DNA of 39,245 nt from Catajapyx aquilonaris (Eukaryota). This document shows, one piece after another, positions 20,436 to 33,555 of the stretch. Position numbers and translations under genes: made by a program. Position 1 is the first letter of the stretch. The number at the start of each line of letters is the position of its first letter. The stretch covers positions 1 to 39,245 of the forward strand of contig KZ538943.1 of assembly GCA_000934665.2 (NCBI GenBank), given 5' to 3'. The notes under the pieces were generated by a model. It was given only the letters and a program-made list of their open reading frames with translations, was not told the origin of the DNA and searched no databases.

Positions 20436-23400
20436 ATTCGTAGCATACGTATATGGAGAATAATAATATTATAGCCTCACTGTTTTACCAATATAAAAAG
20501 CCCCAGACACTAAAATAGTTTACTGACTGCATTTTTATGCATTACACTATGTACAGCTTACTTCCTCCGCTGTTACGCTGGTCCATTCTGTCACGCTGAC
20601 GTTATTGCACGAGCGGAGTTTGTCCATTTGGTCATGCCTCTATTGGTGTCCTTCCATGCATGTATTTTTCGCCTATGATAAGGGCACAGTCCGTTCATAT
20701 GACTAATTCAAGGTGAGAATAATTGGCCTGGTTCTCATACGGTAGTTAAAATTCAGCACACACTCTTTGCCATATGACTAGACACTAGACTCAAACACTA
20801 GAGTCAAAAGAGTAGGACTAAGTTAACCCTGTAAAAATGCCCTTACTCCACCTATACCGCTGCATATGCTTCATCGCATGGAGTGTTTCGTCATATTGAT
20901 TCAGTCATATTAGGGTGACCTCCAGCCGGCCAGAGGATCACTTGATATAGAGTATCATTTTGGTGTCCGCAGTCTAGTTACCAAGTTAATGCGCTTTTAG
21001 TATGCAGTGTAGCATGGCTTGTAAGGTTTTCATCTTATCGCGCACATGAAACGTGTCTGAAAAGTCCGGCCTTCCTGTAACTTGCAAGAAAAATTATGCA
21101 ACTTTAACCATGACCTAATTTGGTGTGTTGATCAGTTGCGGTGTGCGTTTGACATGTAGCACACATGCATGAAATTTTTTGCTTCGGAAGATAACAAAAT
21201 ACCGACCGGTATTCGGTCGTGATAACGGTGTCGGAGAAGCAACAATGAACGGTTTATTACAGCATGAAGTGAGATAAGGGGCTCTAGATGACCGTATAGA
21301 GCGCGAGTCACAAGTTTTGAGGAGTAACTTACGTGTTGGATGACCGTACGTCTAATCAATATTCGCCTGTTCCAGGTAGTGTGTGAAATATACGGTATAT
21401 TCACTACTGCATTGATATACCGGTACCCAGGAGTGTATAGCCTACAGCGAATGACAGTGACTAGTGATATTCGTAATTATCTCGAAATCTGACATAATAT
21501 AAGATTTTATCATTATTAAAAAACGGAATCCTTGCAGGCTACTCTATAGGTAGTAAAATACTGTACTTACAATCCACATCATTCCCATCTGCAAGTATAC
21601 CTCCTCGTTCTATACACATGCCGAGTAATGTGAAATCCGCAATTAAATCAGGGTACACAAATACTACAATTGCATAATTAATTATCTCAAAACCCTGACT
21701 CGTCCCCTATTCATTTGGGCCGTTGAGTTGAAACTGGGCCAGTACGTGCCTCGTTTCCAGCAACCTGATGGTTAATCATCAGGTGACACTTAAACTCAGG
21801 CCTGTAGACCACATCATCGTATTGCCTGCAGTTATGTTGGGCCCATTCCGCGCAATATGTTGGACCCCACACATTCCTTGATTTTACGCACGACCATATA
21901 TGAGCAATGTGGGGGCCATGGGTGCAAAAAAAAATAGCCTCTGCCTCTGGCACAACTGTGGAGAATAGGCTGTCTCGGTCGCTAAAGGGCCAGCCTGATG
22001 AACATTCCGTGTTGGATTATTTGCACGCCACACGTGCCATGCCAGTTTAGAAATGAAGCCCAAATGAGTTCCACGATACCCCAAAATACGCCCATTGCAA
22101 TAATTTATTATTACGATAGCAGTAACTTGATACCTGCCAGGTTGTGAGCCTACGATTTTTCTTTGTGTAGATACTATTAATCCGTACAGTATAGTTTATA
22201 GATCATCAGGTGGTCTATATATACTTGCAGCCTGCATTATATCACCCAGCTTGGATCAAGCCACATTTTTGAGCAACATGCTATAATTAATGAACCGGAA
22301 GAGCTGCGCCAGTGCGATGCACTTCCGCGCCCATTGTTGTTTCAGGGATTCGCATTGTGCACACCGACACGACTCGCGCCCACATCAGCACAATTCTGCA
22401 ACTCCGGGCCTGACATAAAGTTGAGGAAGCTCACTAATGGAAGAAGGGCGGCCCGATATTGTTTCAGAATGTCCGGCACGACACAACTAGCCCACTCCCG
22501 GCATGTAATTAGATTCGATTTATCCAGTCAGGAGGCCCAACTGTAGATGGAAACAATTGACCCGTGATATATCGTTTCCCTTCCATCTCAGATTTCTATC
22601 CGGTTCTTGTCCGCGCCAATCTGTTTCAGGGCGGAACTGGCAGCCCCGATTTCGTGTCGTGCTTCACCCAGGGCACCAGCCACGACTTCATTTTGGGAGG
22701 GGGTTTCAGGTCAACCCCTGCCCCACTAACACCACCTATAGGGTCAACGTCCCACCTTTCTTACGGACATATCGTGGGCATACATGTGAAATTCACAGAG
22801 TCCAAAAAAAACAGTTTCTAGATAATAATTGAAGGTAATTGGCATTGCACTTGTTTTCATGCTAGTTAAGACAGAAAATCCTGGCTTTCTGGCTCATTAC
22901 GATATAAGTTTGCAAGGAGTGCATGTTTGAACATGATTGGAAAACCGTTAGGATTATTCGGTTAGTTTCAGCGTAGGAGTCGGAAGCAACTAAGGCTCCA
23001 ATCTAAGCGAAAGTATAGAAATTCTATCCACGTAAATCATCCGACTGATCCATGGCTGTTATTAGAAAATGAGGACGCAACCGTTGGATGAGTACATGCC
23101 TATGTACACTAGTGGATATGACAAGATGCAGTGGGTTTCCGGGTCCCAAGAATGAGTCGCTATAGGAAGGCTCCATTTCTGTCTGCCACGAAGATGAGTT
23201 TAGATTCCACACAGGGCTTCCTCTCTAGCACAAACCGAGCTTCATATCAATAAGAGCAATTTCTCACCGCACGACAGTGGTGGATTCGCAAGGGCCCTGG
23301 GACTTGCACTGTCTCACTCCTCACTTTCAAGCACCGATTCCAGCATGCTTTTGGATCTACAAGGGGCCTTGCAAGCATATAGATCTAGCTCAAGACATGG

Positions 23401-24978
23401 ACTATTGCCCTATTGCTTGTAATTACAGAAATTCAAACTCAATCTCGGAAGTAATTAGGACTGAAGAGGAGTCACACTGCCTACAGTATAACGTGCCAGA
23501 ATATGTACAGGCCTATTTAAAATGTTGGCCAAACATACCTTAAATGTTAAAGTGGAAGATAAATGCCTTCATTTTTCTAAAGCAAAATAATTATAATTTG
23601 GTGTTATAGCTCCAGGATACTGTACGTTTTTCCAAAACGCACAAATGCTCTTTTAACAAGACAAACTATATTGATACATACAGTAATTCAACATTGTGGC
23701 CATCAGAGTATGCTCGTCTGGATAGCAGTAATTACGAATTCTGTTTTAACAAAAGCGGCTTAACTGGCGATTTAAAATTGCATCATAGTGACTGTGGAGT
23801 CGAAACGTGACTTCAAAACAATTATTATAAGTGGTTTTCATGACGTTTCGCACCATCCCTTCCCTAAATCCAATCAACGCTAGGCTGATTTTTTGAAATG
23901 CCCAATATTTAGCACCGTTACGTGACAGGATTTGTACAACTTATTTGCTTCAAAAATGTCTTCGACACATTTTTTGTGGATTGGAAAAGCTGAGACAACT
24001 GTCGCCATAGGGGATTTAAGTGTGTGAAATACTATCACATCCTAAAATCGAATCAGTAATCACAATTTGCAATACAGTGAAATAGCTCTCAAGGCATTTC
24101 GAAAGTGACAAAGTCCGCAGCTCTTCACGACGAATCCATCAACTGTCCATTCCCAGGGCTGTAAACCCACACGTAAATGGCACACCCACCCCCAAAAAAA
24201 GAGAACTGACCATTACAAGATTAGAGTTAAAGCTCTGACATTTCCAAGAGTGCACCATACTTTTAAGAAGCAAAGTCCTGTACCGATTAGAACAAAACCC
24301 AAGAACATCGTAACCAAGTCACCTTGATGAGCTTATTTTCGTTGCCTTGCGCCTACCTTTTGCTCGCGACGGTACCCGTACATGCACAGTTACGAAAGTG
24401 AAGCAGAGAAATCGCGTCTTTTGGAATGAGCCAGAGTCTTGAGCCCTAAAGTGGATTTCCCCTTACACCTCGGCACAGCATCCCTAAGGTAGGCGTTAAT
24501 CTTACTGTTAATCATCTAGATGGGTCTCATCAGCCGACTTGAGCGCGATTCACTCCTTGACATTACCCCGAGTCTTTACTGAAAGCACCATCTCAAAACT
24601 GAACATTATTTTATCAAGCATTTAAGCAGGCTCCTCTTAAACCGGGTTAATAATTAGGCCTAGATTGGAACCAGAGGCGACCATCAGGCCATAAGACACA
24701 AACATGCTTGTACAATTTGAGCTGGTTTCACCAAGGGTTTCACGAAAGAAACTTGAACAAGATGAATGCCTCAACTCGAATAATCTTCAAAGTGCAAAGC
24801 TGTGTCTCATAAAATATTAGAATGAATACGTTGGGGGGGCTTGGTGGGTGATGCATCCTGGTTGAATCCGACGAGCTGGAGCCAAAATATCGTTGGGTGG
24901 GTGGGTGGAATGGCAATTTTGTGTGTGTCGCCTGTCGGGGTAGGAAACGTTATGTAGCCAACCATGTTCCTGTCTGTA

Positions 24979-25046
24979 CAGTCGCGAGCATAAAGATGTG
25001 GACGACCAGAGATGGTCTACCGTCCACATCTTTATGTTCGCGAGTG
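24979..25046. mobile_element. Tc1-like mini-MITE (68 bp)
   Basis: TA|CAGTCGCGAGCATAAAGATGTGGACG ... CGTCCACATCTTTATGTTCGCGAGTG|TA; 26-bp TIRs with 2 mismatches. Confidence 0.75.
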
Positions 25047-28000
25047 TACGTCATTGACGTGCACCAGAAGCCAGGAGAGCGCGGTGTAAAAACATCCGTA
25101 TTTCTCCTCGCCGAATGAATCCTGTGCAGCGAATGAATCCTGTGTAAATATAATCAACTGTGCAAACACCATGTTTGTCTCAGGTATAGATAATTTTGAA
25201 GTTCGTACCACGATACCAAAATGGCCTAAAAATTAGCCTATCGCGATTCGGGTGTCGCCCAAACTTAGCGGAACTGTTGTTCTGCCATATATGTAATTAT
25301 TAGACTATGGCCGGTAATTGAAGAGATGTTTGCGTACTAATAATGAGGATGGGACGAGTTCCTTTTCATCTTTCCACATCATGGTGCCGCAGAAGGAGGA
25401 GGTAAACTGAAGCTGGCTTCTAGGGGAGATGTGACAAAACACTAATGAGAGGCGCCGTCCTTGTTTCTCAAAGTCATCACCTTCCTTTTCTAACCTGCGG
25501 TTCTCATCAACCGCATGACTTCCTGCTCGATTCCCAGAGAGATGCTCCCCGCAAGGTAAATGCTGCCTGGTCAGACCAGCACAGCCCCCCCTATAAACAG
25601 CCAAACTCACTTTGCCCTGATTAAATTGAATTTCCTCGGCCCTTATTATTCGGCCACTCCAATATTTTACCGTACACAAACACAGGCCATTCAGAGGAGG
25701 TTCGACCCGGAACTGGGTGTACTGTGAACGGTACGTGTAATTAATTTGTAATTTTAATTATTTTTTTGGAGGAATGCATTTCGATATTGTTGTTGTGGGT
25801 GTAATATTTGTCATGAAAATTGGCATTGTTGGGGTGACACCGGGAATGCATGTTATATACCGGAAGCGTATATATTGTTCTTGCAGATAAATGGCACTGT
25901 TTGTTCCAGTGCTAATGAAAATGGCTAGCCCGATACCGCAAGGGTGAACACGCAAGGCTGTGAACCAACATCCCACTCATTTTGCGTTTCCAATATACAT
26001 GGATTTTATCGCAAATTACCCTTCATAGCGCAAAGTGCCCCTGCGAAATATGAACGCTATCTATATTGCTCTAGAGTATATACATTGCCGTACATATTAA
26101 AACGACCATATAGCTCAGTGATCTTGCTAGGACCACATTCGTCCATTCACTGTCATATACGACAGTGCTGACCTTAATAGTTAAAATTGAATCCGGGGCT
26201 CAGTCATGTCAGAGCCATTTTCTTTTTTGGTTATTAATATGCTTAGATAATATTTTTTGATCATGTCGCTGCTGTGTCTGATGTCTAGTGACAAAGTGAA
26301 CTTTGACAGGTCTATTCCTGCAAGCTCTCTATATGGAGGATTGAATGAAGCTGGGTGCACACGGGCGCTGATTGGTGGATCCCAACCAAAACGACCCAGT
26401 GTCAAAGACAACGACACCCACATGAACTCAGCTTATTTATTGTTCTTTGCAATTACAGCATAGCCACATGACAATATGGTGTCTCCCAAGCAAACTTGCC
26501 AGAAGCGTTAAAAATATTGTTCTCTCAAATTTCAAAGGCGGTGCCATGTAATTTAAACAGGACATTAGCAAGCTGTTAACATATTTCACTTACGAAACAC
26601 ATCATCCATTATGCCATATATACTGAGCTCCCAGCAAACAATGCATATTTACTAGGAAACTGTTGGAAGGAAAAGATCAAAGCAGATATTTATAGGCACA
26701 CTTTCAGGTTTAGATGGGAAGTCAACTTGAAAGCCTCTTCCCCCAAGAAAAGAACGGAAAAAACGATCCAGGCCAGAAGCAATATTCGCAGGAACGATAT
26801 CAGTTGACACTCTTTTTGGACCGTTTTCCACTTGGAAAAAAAGGAGGTGAGGGTAGGGTTGGAGTGGACACCGGACACAAAAGTTGAACAGAAGCGAGTA
26901 AGAGGAAACTGAGAAAATTGGAGCCGATGATTCCAGAGGCCATTTCCGTGAGGCCAGCAGCCATTGGGTGCGCCTGGAACGACACCCCCAATTGCAAACC
27001 CAGCACTGCCCGTTCAATTTGGCCAAAAGTGCTACTTGTCGCCAGAGTTCCAGTGTCTCCAATGCAAACCCACCCACTCCACCCAGATTTCACTGCCTAG
27101 AAAGCAGTCCTTCCCCCCCCCCCCCCCCCCCCCCCNAAACAATTGTTAGTGTCAAAGGTGCCTTTTGCAGACAATGAGTTTGCCGACCAAGTTAGCTTCT
27201 TTGCTGGAGTTGAGAGGGCCGCCCTGTTCAATCAGGACCTAGAGAGTCTTCCTGGGCCAAAGCAAGATTGAGGATTAGATGAGATCCGGAGCTATGGTGT
27301 CCTCTCTCTTATCAGCGCAAGTCACCCATCCTATCGACACTCCCTGGATTCCCTTATCTGTAAGCAATCGCGACTAATTGACCTGCGTCAAGTGGATCTG
27401 TCACCTCATTCGGTTTATATAGGGTAGGGAAAAGGTCCTTGGCTGAAACTAATGCTCGCAATCTGGACCTCATCCATCTCGCATGACAGAAGAAATGGGA
27501 CACTTTTGGAGAGCTAGCTGAACGGATTCATTATTAAATAGCTCATCGGCGACCGAGCCTGAGGGGGGAGAGGCGGGACCCAAAAATGGGGGTCCTTTTA
27601 TATTAATTCTGTCGTGGAGATCATCAAGCCTGCCGGCTCTTTTTAACTCACAATGCGCCAGTTTCCAATTTAAATAAATCGATGATATGCAGGTCATTTT
27701 TAACCGTCTCCATGGTGACGAGGCATGTATGTGCATAGCAGGACAGCTGGACTTTATTCCGGCGGAATTACATTCCAGGTTGCATTGTTCAAACCTCCCG
27801 AATGCAAAGTGCCTTTCCTTGTTGCCTGGTCACAACTGGGTCCGTAAAAAGAGGGGAAAAAGTTGAATAGTGCGCAAGCGTCTGGAAAACGTGGATGGGT
27901 GACCTAGCTATATATAAATAGGAATGGGGATGCTTCTCGATTCTATCTGTTATTCGCTGCCGGCAATTTATACCGCCATTATAGTTTTCTCTGAGAAAGG

Positions 28001-29848
28001 CATAGTTGGTTTGGGCTTGTCCGTTTGCAGTATTATTCGTCGCATGTAATTTATTCATATATAGTGCACACTGTATAGGGCTGCCAGTCCACTATCAGGG
28101 TGGATAGATTCAAATTGCATGCAATATGCTTTTTGTTGTCGTGGAGTATTACGCTTGCATTATGCAGCATAATAAGGCTAGTCAAACTATGTTAAAAAGT
28201 GGCGCGCTCATATTGCCACCATGTCACCAACAAATTAGTTCTCACGGCAAAACAAGGTGTTCAATTTTTTTTTAAATTATTTATGAAACAGAAACGATGT
28301 GCTTGAATTACCGCGTTTCGACCAGTTAAATAGTACGGGAAGTGTAAAGTTTATTGTTTGTCCAATCATCAAAGTGTACCCTCTAAAATTAGAATACTAC
28401 ACAGATTAAGTATATGATTCCAATTATAATGAAACCTTTACATAGCGTGGTGCATGATATATTTCTGTACTGAACTGACAAGTTCCCATTACAGAAGACA
28501 GTACTAAACTAAGAAAATATCCTTAAGGCTCATTCACATTCACGAATTCGTGCCCCGGAGTCTGTAATTCGGGCCCGACCTGTAAAAGGTCGTAAGGCCT
28601 GCTCGTCTGGGAAATTACTTAGGCTTAATCTCACCCAGATGGCAATCCAGCCTGGAATATATATGAAAAAGCAGCAACCTCTGCCTGAGAAGTGGTTCCC
28701 TAAACTTTATGGACATATTAATTCCGCTATACCCAGGGTTTTCCTAATAATGATGGCCTTTAAAAAAATACTATCCATTTGTGTGTTATAAAGTTCATTT
28801 ATATTCGACAAAAATTATATACTACAAACAATAACCAAGTTTTTGTCGCATCCAGGATTCTCTATAGGTACACCGAATTATGAAACTAATTTGTGTCACA
28901 CACTCCAAAAAGCCTCTTTGAGTTCAAAATTCTGTATACATTTTCGTGTTATTCTGGTGAAAATTACAGTTCAGATCACGTTGCAGGCACGCCTGCTCTC
29001 GACAGACTATGATATATTCAGATTTGGTTACCGGTGCTTCTGAACTGCTACCAATAAAGCAACTAGACCGAAAGAGAAAAAAAGGTTGTACTTTTCCGCT
29101 TTTTCCTTCCCCCCCCCCCCCCCTTTATACCGTCCCAGTTTGTTGATTTATTGTCACGTCCGTAAGAGCGAAACGACCCTTCGCACAAAAGTTGAGAAAA
29201 GAGGCCCCTCCCATTTGAAGCTCGTTTGACAAATAACCCCTATAGACGCCTCTTTTACTAATAAAAAATGCATGAAAAAAAATCTATGAGTAAGGAGTGT
29301 CAATTGAGTTGGCCCATTATTGGCATTAATGCAGCACTTTCCCAAGTTTAATTAAAACGAGGCACTAGGACACGCACTGTTGAGCACATCCCAAATACAA
29401 TTCTCTGAGGGATGTTTACCGAGCGGAATCCGACAGAGTTTTAGCTACCCCCTAACGGGCGCGTTGCCTGGTTAAATCTGGCCATGTGGCTGCCTTTTAT
29501 TGGTCGCAAAAGAACAAAAAGGTAAAAAGCACGAGCCCTGCGGAGAAAATCCTACCCCCGCCAGCCTCTCCTTGGGCTGCAAAACGCTTGAGCGGTTCTG
29601 ATTCAATTGACATCTCCCGAGCAAAAGGTACGTGAGGCTCTGACATAGAACCAGCAAGAGGAGGAAAAAACGCCCAACTTTACAAGCTATTTTTTCTTTG
29701 TATTTCAAAGCACTATTATTTTTTTTGTCAAGAGATGGGTAACTACCCGGAAAATACATTTGATAAAGGAAATTGCTAAGGTGTCTTATGTTAAAGATAA
29801 CAAGTTCTTATTGTTTGCCATTTGTTTTAACAACTGCTATTCATTATA

Positions 29849-30457
29849 CAGGGTGGACCAACTTCAAGTGTCGTTTTATAACGGCGATTAAAGGGACACT
29901 CCACTCAAAATACAAGTTGGCCCCCAAAAATCGGGCAAAAAATCCTGATTCCGAATGTGCAATCGTTTTTTTTCTACGCCCAACGGTAACACGGAAAATC
30001 ATATATCTACACACGTCGTCTCGCGTCGTCTGCTAAGAAGGGCGATACAACAGCATCTCGCGGCAAACCGGAGAAGTAGAGAAGGTGCTCAACAAACAAC
30101 TGCCGCGCCAGGATGCCTTCTCTAGTTCCGCCCTGTTCACCTGCGCCCACCTGCCCCGCGCGTGGTTTTCGAACGACACACTTCCAGCTTTCACATTGGC
30201 CTTACCATTCGTCTCTAAGAAAAACTGCTTATACCCTCGGAATCATGATTTTTTGCCCGATTTTTAGAACCCAACTTGTATTTTGAGTGGAGTGTCCCTT
30301 TAATAGCAGTGATTTTGCGATGACGTAGCAGCGACGTGTAAAATGTCCCACTTTGGCGCCATCGAAGTGGGCCATTTTACACGTCGCTGCTACGTCAATC
30401 GTAAAGCGCTTCTATTAATAGCCGTTATAAAACGACACATGAAGTTGGTCCACCCTG
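29849..30457. mobile_element. Tc1/mariner-type palindromic MITE interrupted by a nested insertion
   Basis: TA|CAGGGTGGACCAACTTCA...TGAAGTTGGTCCACCCTG|TA. Removing 29892-30303 restores a ~197-bp near-palindrome. Confidence 0.9.
29892..30299. mobile_element. Kolobok-type non-autonomous element (TTAA TSD), nested
   Basis: TTAA|AGGGACACTCCACTCAAAATACAAGTTGG ... CCAACTTGTATTTTGAGTGGAGTGTCCCT|TTAA. 5'-RR termini with a TTAA TSD fit Kolobok rather than piggyBac. Confidence 0.82.
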
Positions 30458-31638
30458 TATATCTGACCGCTCTCCATATGCGATTGTTTCAGAGTGAAAA
30501 CCTCCACATTAATGTTAACAATATACATAGAGCAGACAGAAGCGGCGCCAGATTCGCTATAATTGAACACGAACATAATTTAATTTGGCGTTGTTGAAAC
30601 CTACCAAACAGCGAAGCGCACACATCATAATTGTCCTGACGAATAATAGTAACTAGGTGCAGCAATGTGGGTGGCTAGATACAAAAAAAAAGCGACGTAA
30701 TTTTCATATCACTCGTAGGAAAGTCGCTTAAAAAACAACGGTGGGCATCAGGCAGACATAAAAGGGATGGGTTCACAGCATTTTTACTCCTCCCCAAAAT
30801 TGATTACCCGTGGTGACAGAGGTCGAGGAACTTTCTGTAATCAGCGAGTAGGGTGGTAGTTTCATTACCGCCACTTTCATTCTGTCAACGACACCATGCC
30901 AGTCGCCTCGGCGCCTCATTGCAGCAGGAGTCAAACGCAAGATAATTTGACATCCTCCAGATGTATGCCCTACATTGCGCTTCCACCAAAAAAAAAATAG
31001 GCGAATGGCCCCACAGAGCCCGCGGTATACCTCTTAATAGCCTCATCCTGGATCAATATACCGATTATGTTATTAAGGAAACCGAGGCATGGTGTGGTCT
31101 ACTGTATAGGACACAAGAATGAGCCGAGGCCAGTGTGTGCTGAAATGCAGGACTCTAACGGCAGTTGGTATTGCGCATGCGGCTTTAATCTCCTACTCCC
31201 AGGATGGCTATGGGAGAGATAAAGTGCAGGCCGCGTGCTTCTATGGCGACAGGATGAACCGCACCGTGGAAGGTTGAAACTTTCCAATCAGTGGCTAATC
31301 GGCAGCCCAGGTATAATTCTATTAATTCCCTACATTAGCCCCCTGGCTCCTGGTTTACGTGGCTTACACTCTGGGCTTGCGATTTAGGTCCCCATTGTTT
31401 CAATTATTTTCTCATGCGCTTGGGAAATGTTGATATTTTCGCTACCTATTACAAAGTACGTACAAGAATGTCATTGGACCAGTGGCAGCCTGATATCCCA
31501 CTAAAACTGGCTTATTTTCACTCAAGTAACAGACTCGTTACGAGCGGTTGCGAGAAACTGAGGCAGTGTGGATCGGAGCGCCTCCGATTCAATTCATGAT
31601 GTCACGTGAGAACTTCAAAATTTACCCCTATTTCCATA

Positions 31639-31935
31639 CTAGCTGCGGCACCCGGCGTTGCCCGGGAAGAAATGAATGAAGGGAAAACACCTGCCAGTAC
31701 CACCATCAACTGTCTGTCTTTCTGTGTGTCCGGCCACCAATGCCATCTGTGGTCCTGCTACTCCAACACCTTCAACCTCTCCCGCCTGTATAACGGCAAC
31801 CGTCATTTGCCTGCCATCTGTAGTCAACCCCCAACACCTCCATCCACTCCTGGGGGTGGAGCACAGATGGCAAGGCAAATGACGGTTGGAAGGCGGACAG
31901 ACAGACAGACTCACAAATGGCTTTATTTATATAGA
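31639..31935 (-). mobile_element. Non-autonomous Helitron (297 bp)
   Basis: Minus strand starts A|TCTATATAAATAAAG, carries (CTGT)n, and ends with hairpin CCCGG-GCAACG-CCGGG then TGCCGCAG-CTAG|T. Inserted in an AT site with no TSD. Confidence 0.88.
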
Positions 31936-32349
31936 TTGTTCGGTGCCACGGGAGTTGCCCTCTCACCATTGGTTCCTCCATCCGCGCATGCTCAATACTC
32001 GCCCTTTCGTCACACTTTGTCAAGGTGAGCCATCGAGATGTGACCCACAGGCATGTTGACCACTGGCACTGACCAGATGTAGGAAAAGTGGAAGATGAGA
32101 GAATACGGGAATAACGGGACAGCCCTTGATGGATTTTTACCATGCCAGAAAATAAGCCAGTGATTCAGGAGACGCTTTAGCCCCTGAAAAGGCGGCAATT
32201 TGTGAGATAAAAGAGGCGGAAAGGTTGCGTACCTACAGGATGTATCTGTGTTCCTGAATCTCGCGTCAGGGATTGAATGGATGTCCCACTGCCTTGTAGA
32301 CATCTCTAATAAACACACCATCCGATATTACATTTTCACCATAAGTACT

Positions 32350-32487
32350 ATGGGGCTTAAATTGTTTTGACCACTTTATCCTGATCTTGAAGCAATCCTT
32401 CACACACCCGTACCTCCTCACCGTGGGGCCTGTGCGAAGGGTTGCTTCAAGACCAGGATAAAGTGGTCAAAACAATTTGAGCCCCAT
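32350..32487. mobile_element. Hairpin MITE (57-bp arms; PIF/Harbinger-like GGGGC ends)
   Basis: ATGGGGCTTAAATTGTTTTGACCAC... and its inverted copy with 4 transition mismatches. TSD not clean. Confidence 0.7.
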
Positions 32488-33366
32488 GAAATAACTAATG
32501 TCTCTTAGTGTGTAAATAACTAAATACTGTATAAACTCAAAAGTTTTTTTCTGTAAACATTCACAACAAAAAAAAACACTTTCTGATCCTTCCTACCCCA
32601 TGTAGTTTGACGATTTCCTACACAATTGATGTTTATGCACTTGACTTCCAGTACTTTTTGAGCTCTAGATCCCCCATTTTTTGAAGGGGGCAAATCTGAT
32701 TCCGTTTTCGAAGGTTTGAAGCGCCACTCTGATATATGACTTGCTCCTGCAGAGTCCCTCATTCCTCCCACAACCCCATACCGAAAGGCGGCTGAGCCTT
32801 TGAGACGAAGAGAAGCTTATCAGAGAAGCCCAGAGTGCAGAGTACGAGGCATCCAGGCCACCACTCTCGCAAAGGGAGGAAAAAAAATAGACGTGCCGGA
32901 TGATATTTGAAGACCTGTTGACTCTTTACTGTGCAATAAAATCAGTGGTTACTCCGGTTAAAATCCTCCAAATGGATAGAATCCATTCCCTTTCGGTGAA
33001 ACGCGACCCTTGCCCTCGCTCTAGTTTTTTTTTTCGCCCTCAGACAGTCGTATTCTTTTCATAGGTTGGGTCCGGTTCCTTTCCCACGAGATTTCTGTGC
33101 GAACTGTATTCAGGACCAGTAGGAGAGAATCCTTGGAAATGGCAGGACTTTTTTCACCATCAGGAAATTATTTCTGTGTTTTCGACTCGGCCTATGTTCA
33201 GATTGTTATCGAAAGTGTTGCCAGGTCGCACTTTTATGGCATGGCAATATTGGGGTTCAGGTTAGCTTGTAATTATTTTCTAGCCAACGTTTCCATCACT
33301 CTTAACCATTTACCTTCTCTAGAGAGGGTAAGAAAGTGGCCATTTTTTACCTTACATTGTAGGGTA

Positions 33367-33414
33367 AATATTCTTGGGTAAATTTACCTTAGAATCAATT
33401 TACCCAAGAATATT
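33367..33414. repeat. 18-bp perfect inverted repeat abutting the assembly gap
   Basis: AATATTCTTGGGTAAATT (33367-33384) / AATTTACCCAAGAATATT (33397-33414). Confidence 0.75.
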
Positions 33415-33555
33415 NNNNNNNNNNNNNNNNNNNNNNNNNNNNNNNNNNNNNNNNNNNNNNNNNNNNNNNNNNNNNNNNNNNNNNNNNNNNNNNNNNNNNN
33501 NNNNNNNNNNNNNNNNNNNNNNNNNNNNNNNNNNNNNNNNNNNNNNNNNNNNNNN
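33415..33555. other. Assembly gap (141 N)
   Basis: Run of N followed by poly-C. Confidence 0.99.

Noticed and set aside
21745..21790. Hammerhead ribozyme-like CTGATGA...GAAA (also near 24530 and 38190)
   Set aside because: Stem II does not close directly onto GAAA, and stems I/III with a cleavage triplet could not be built.
26652..27177. Cluster of overlapping ORFs
   Set aside because: No recognisable domain or consistent exon structure.
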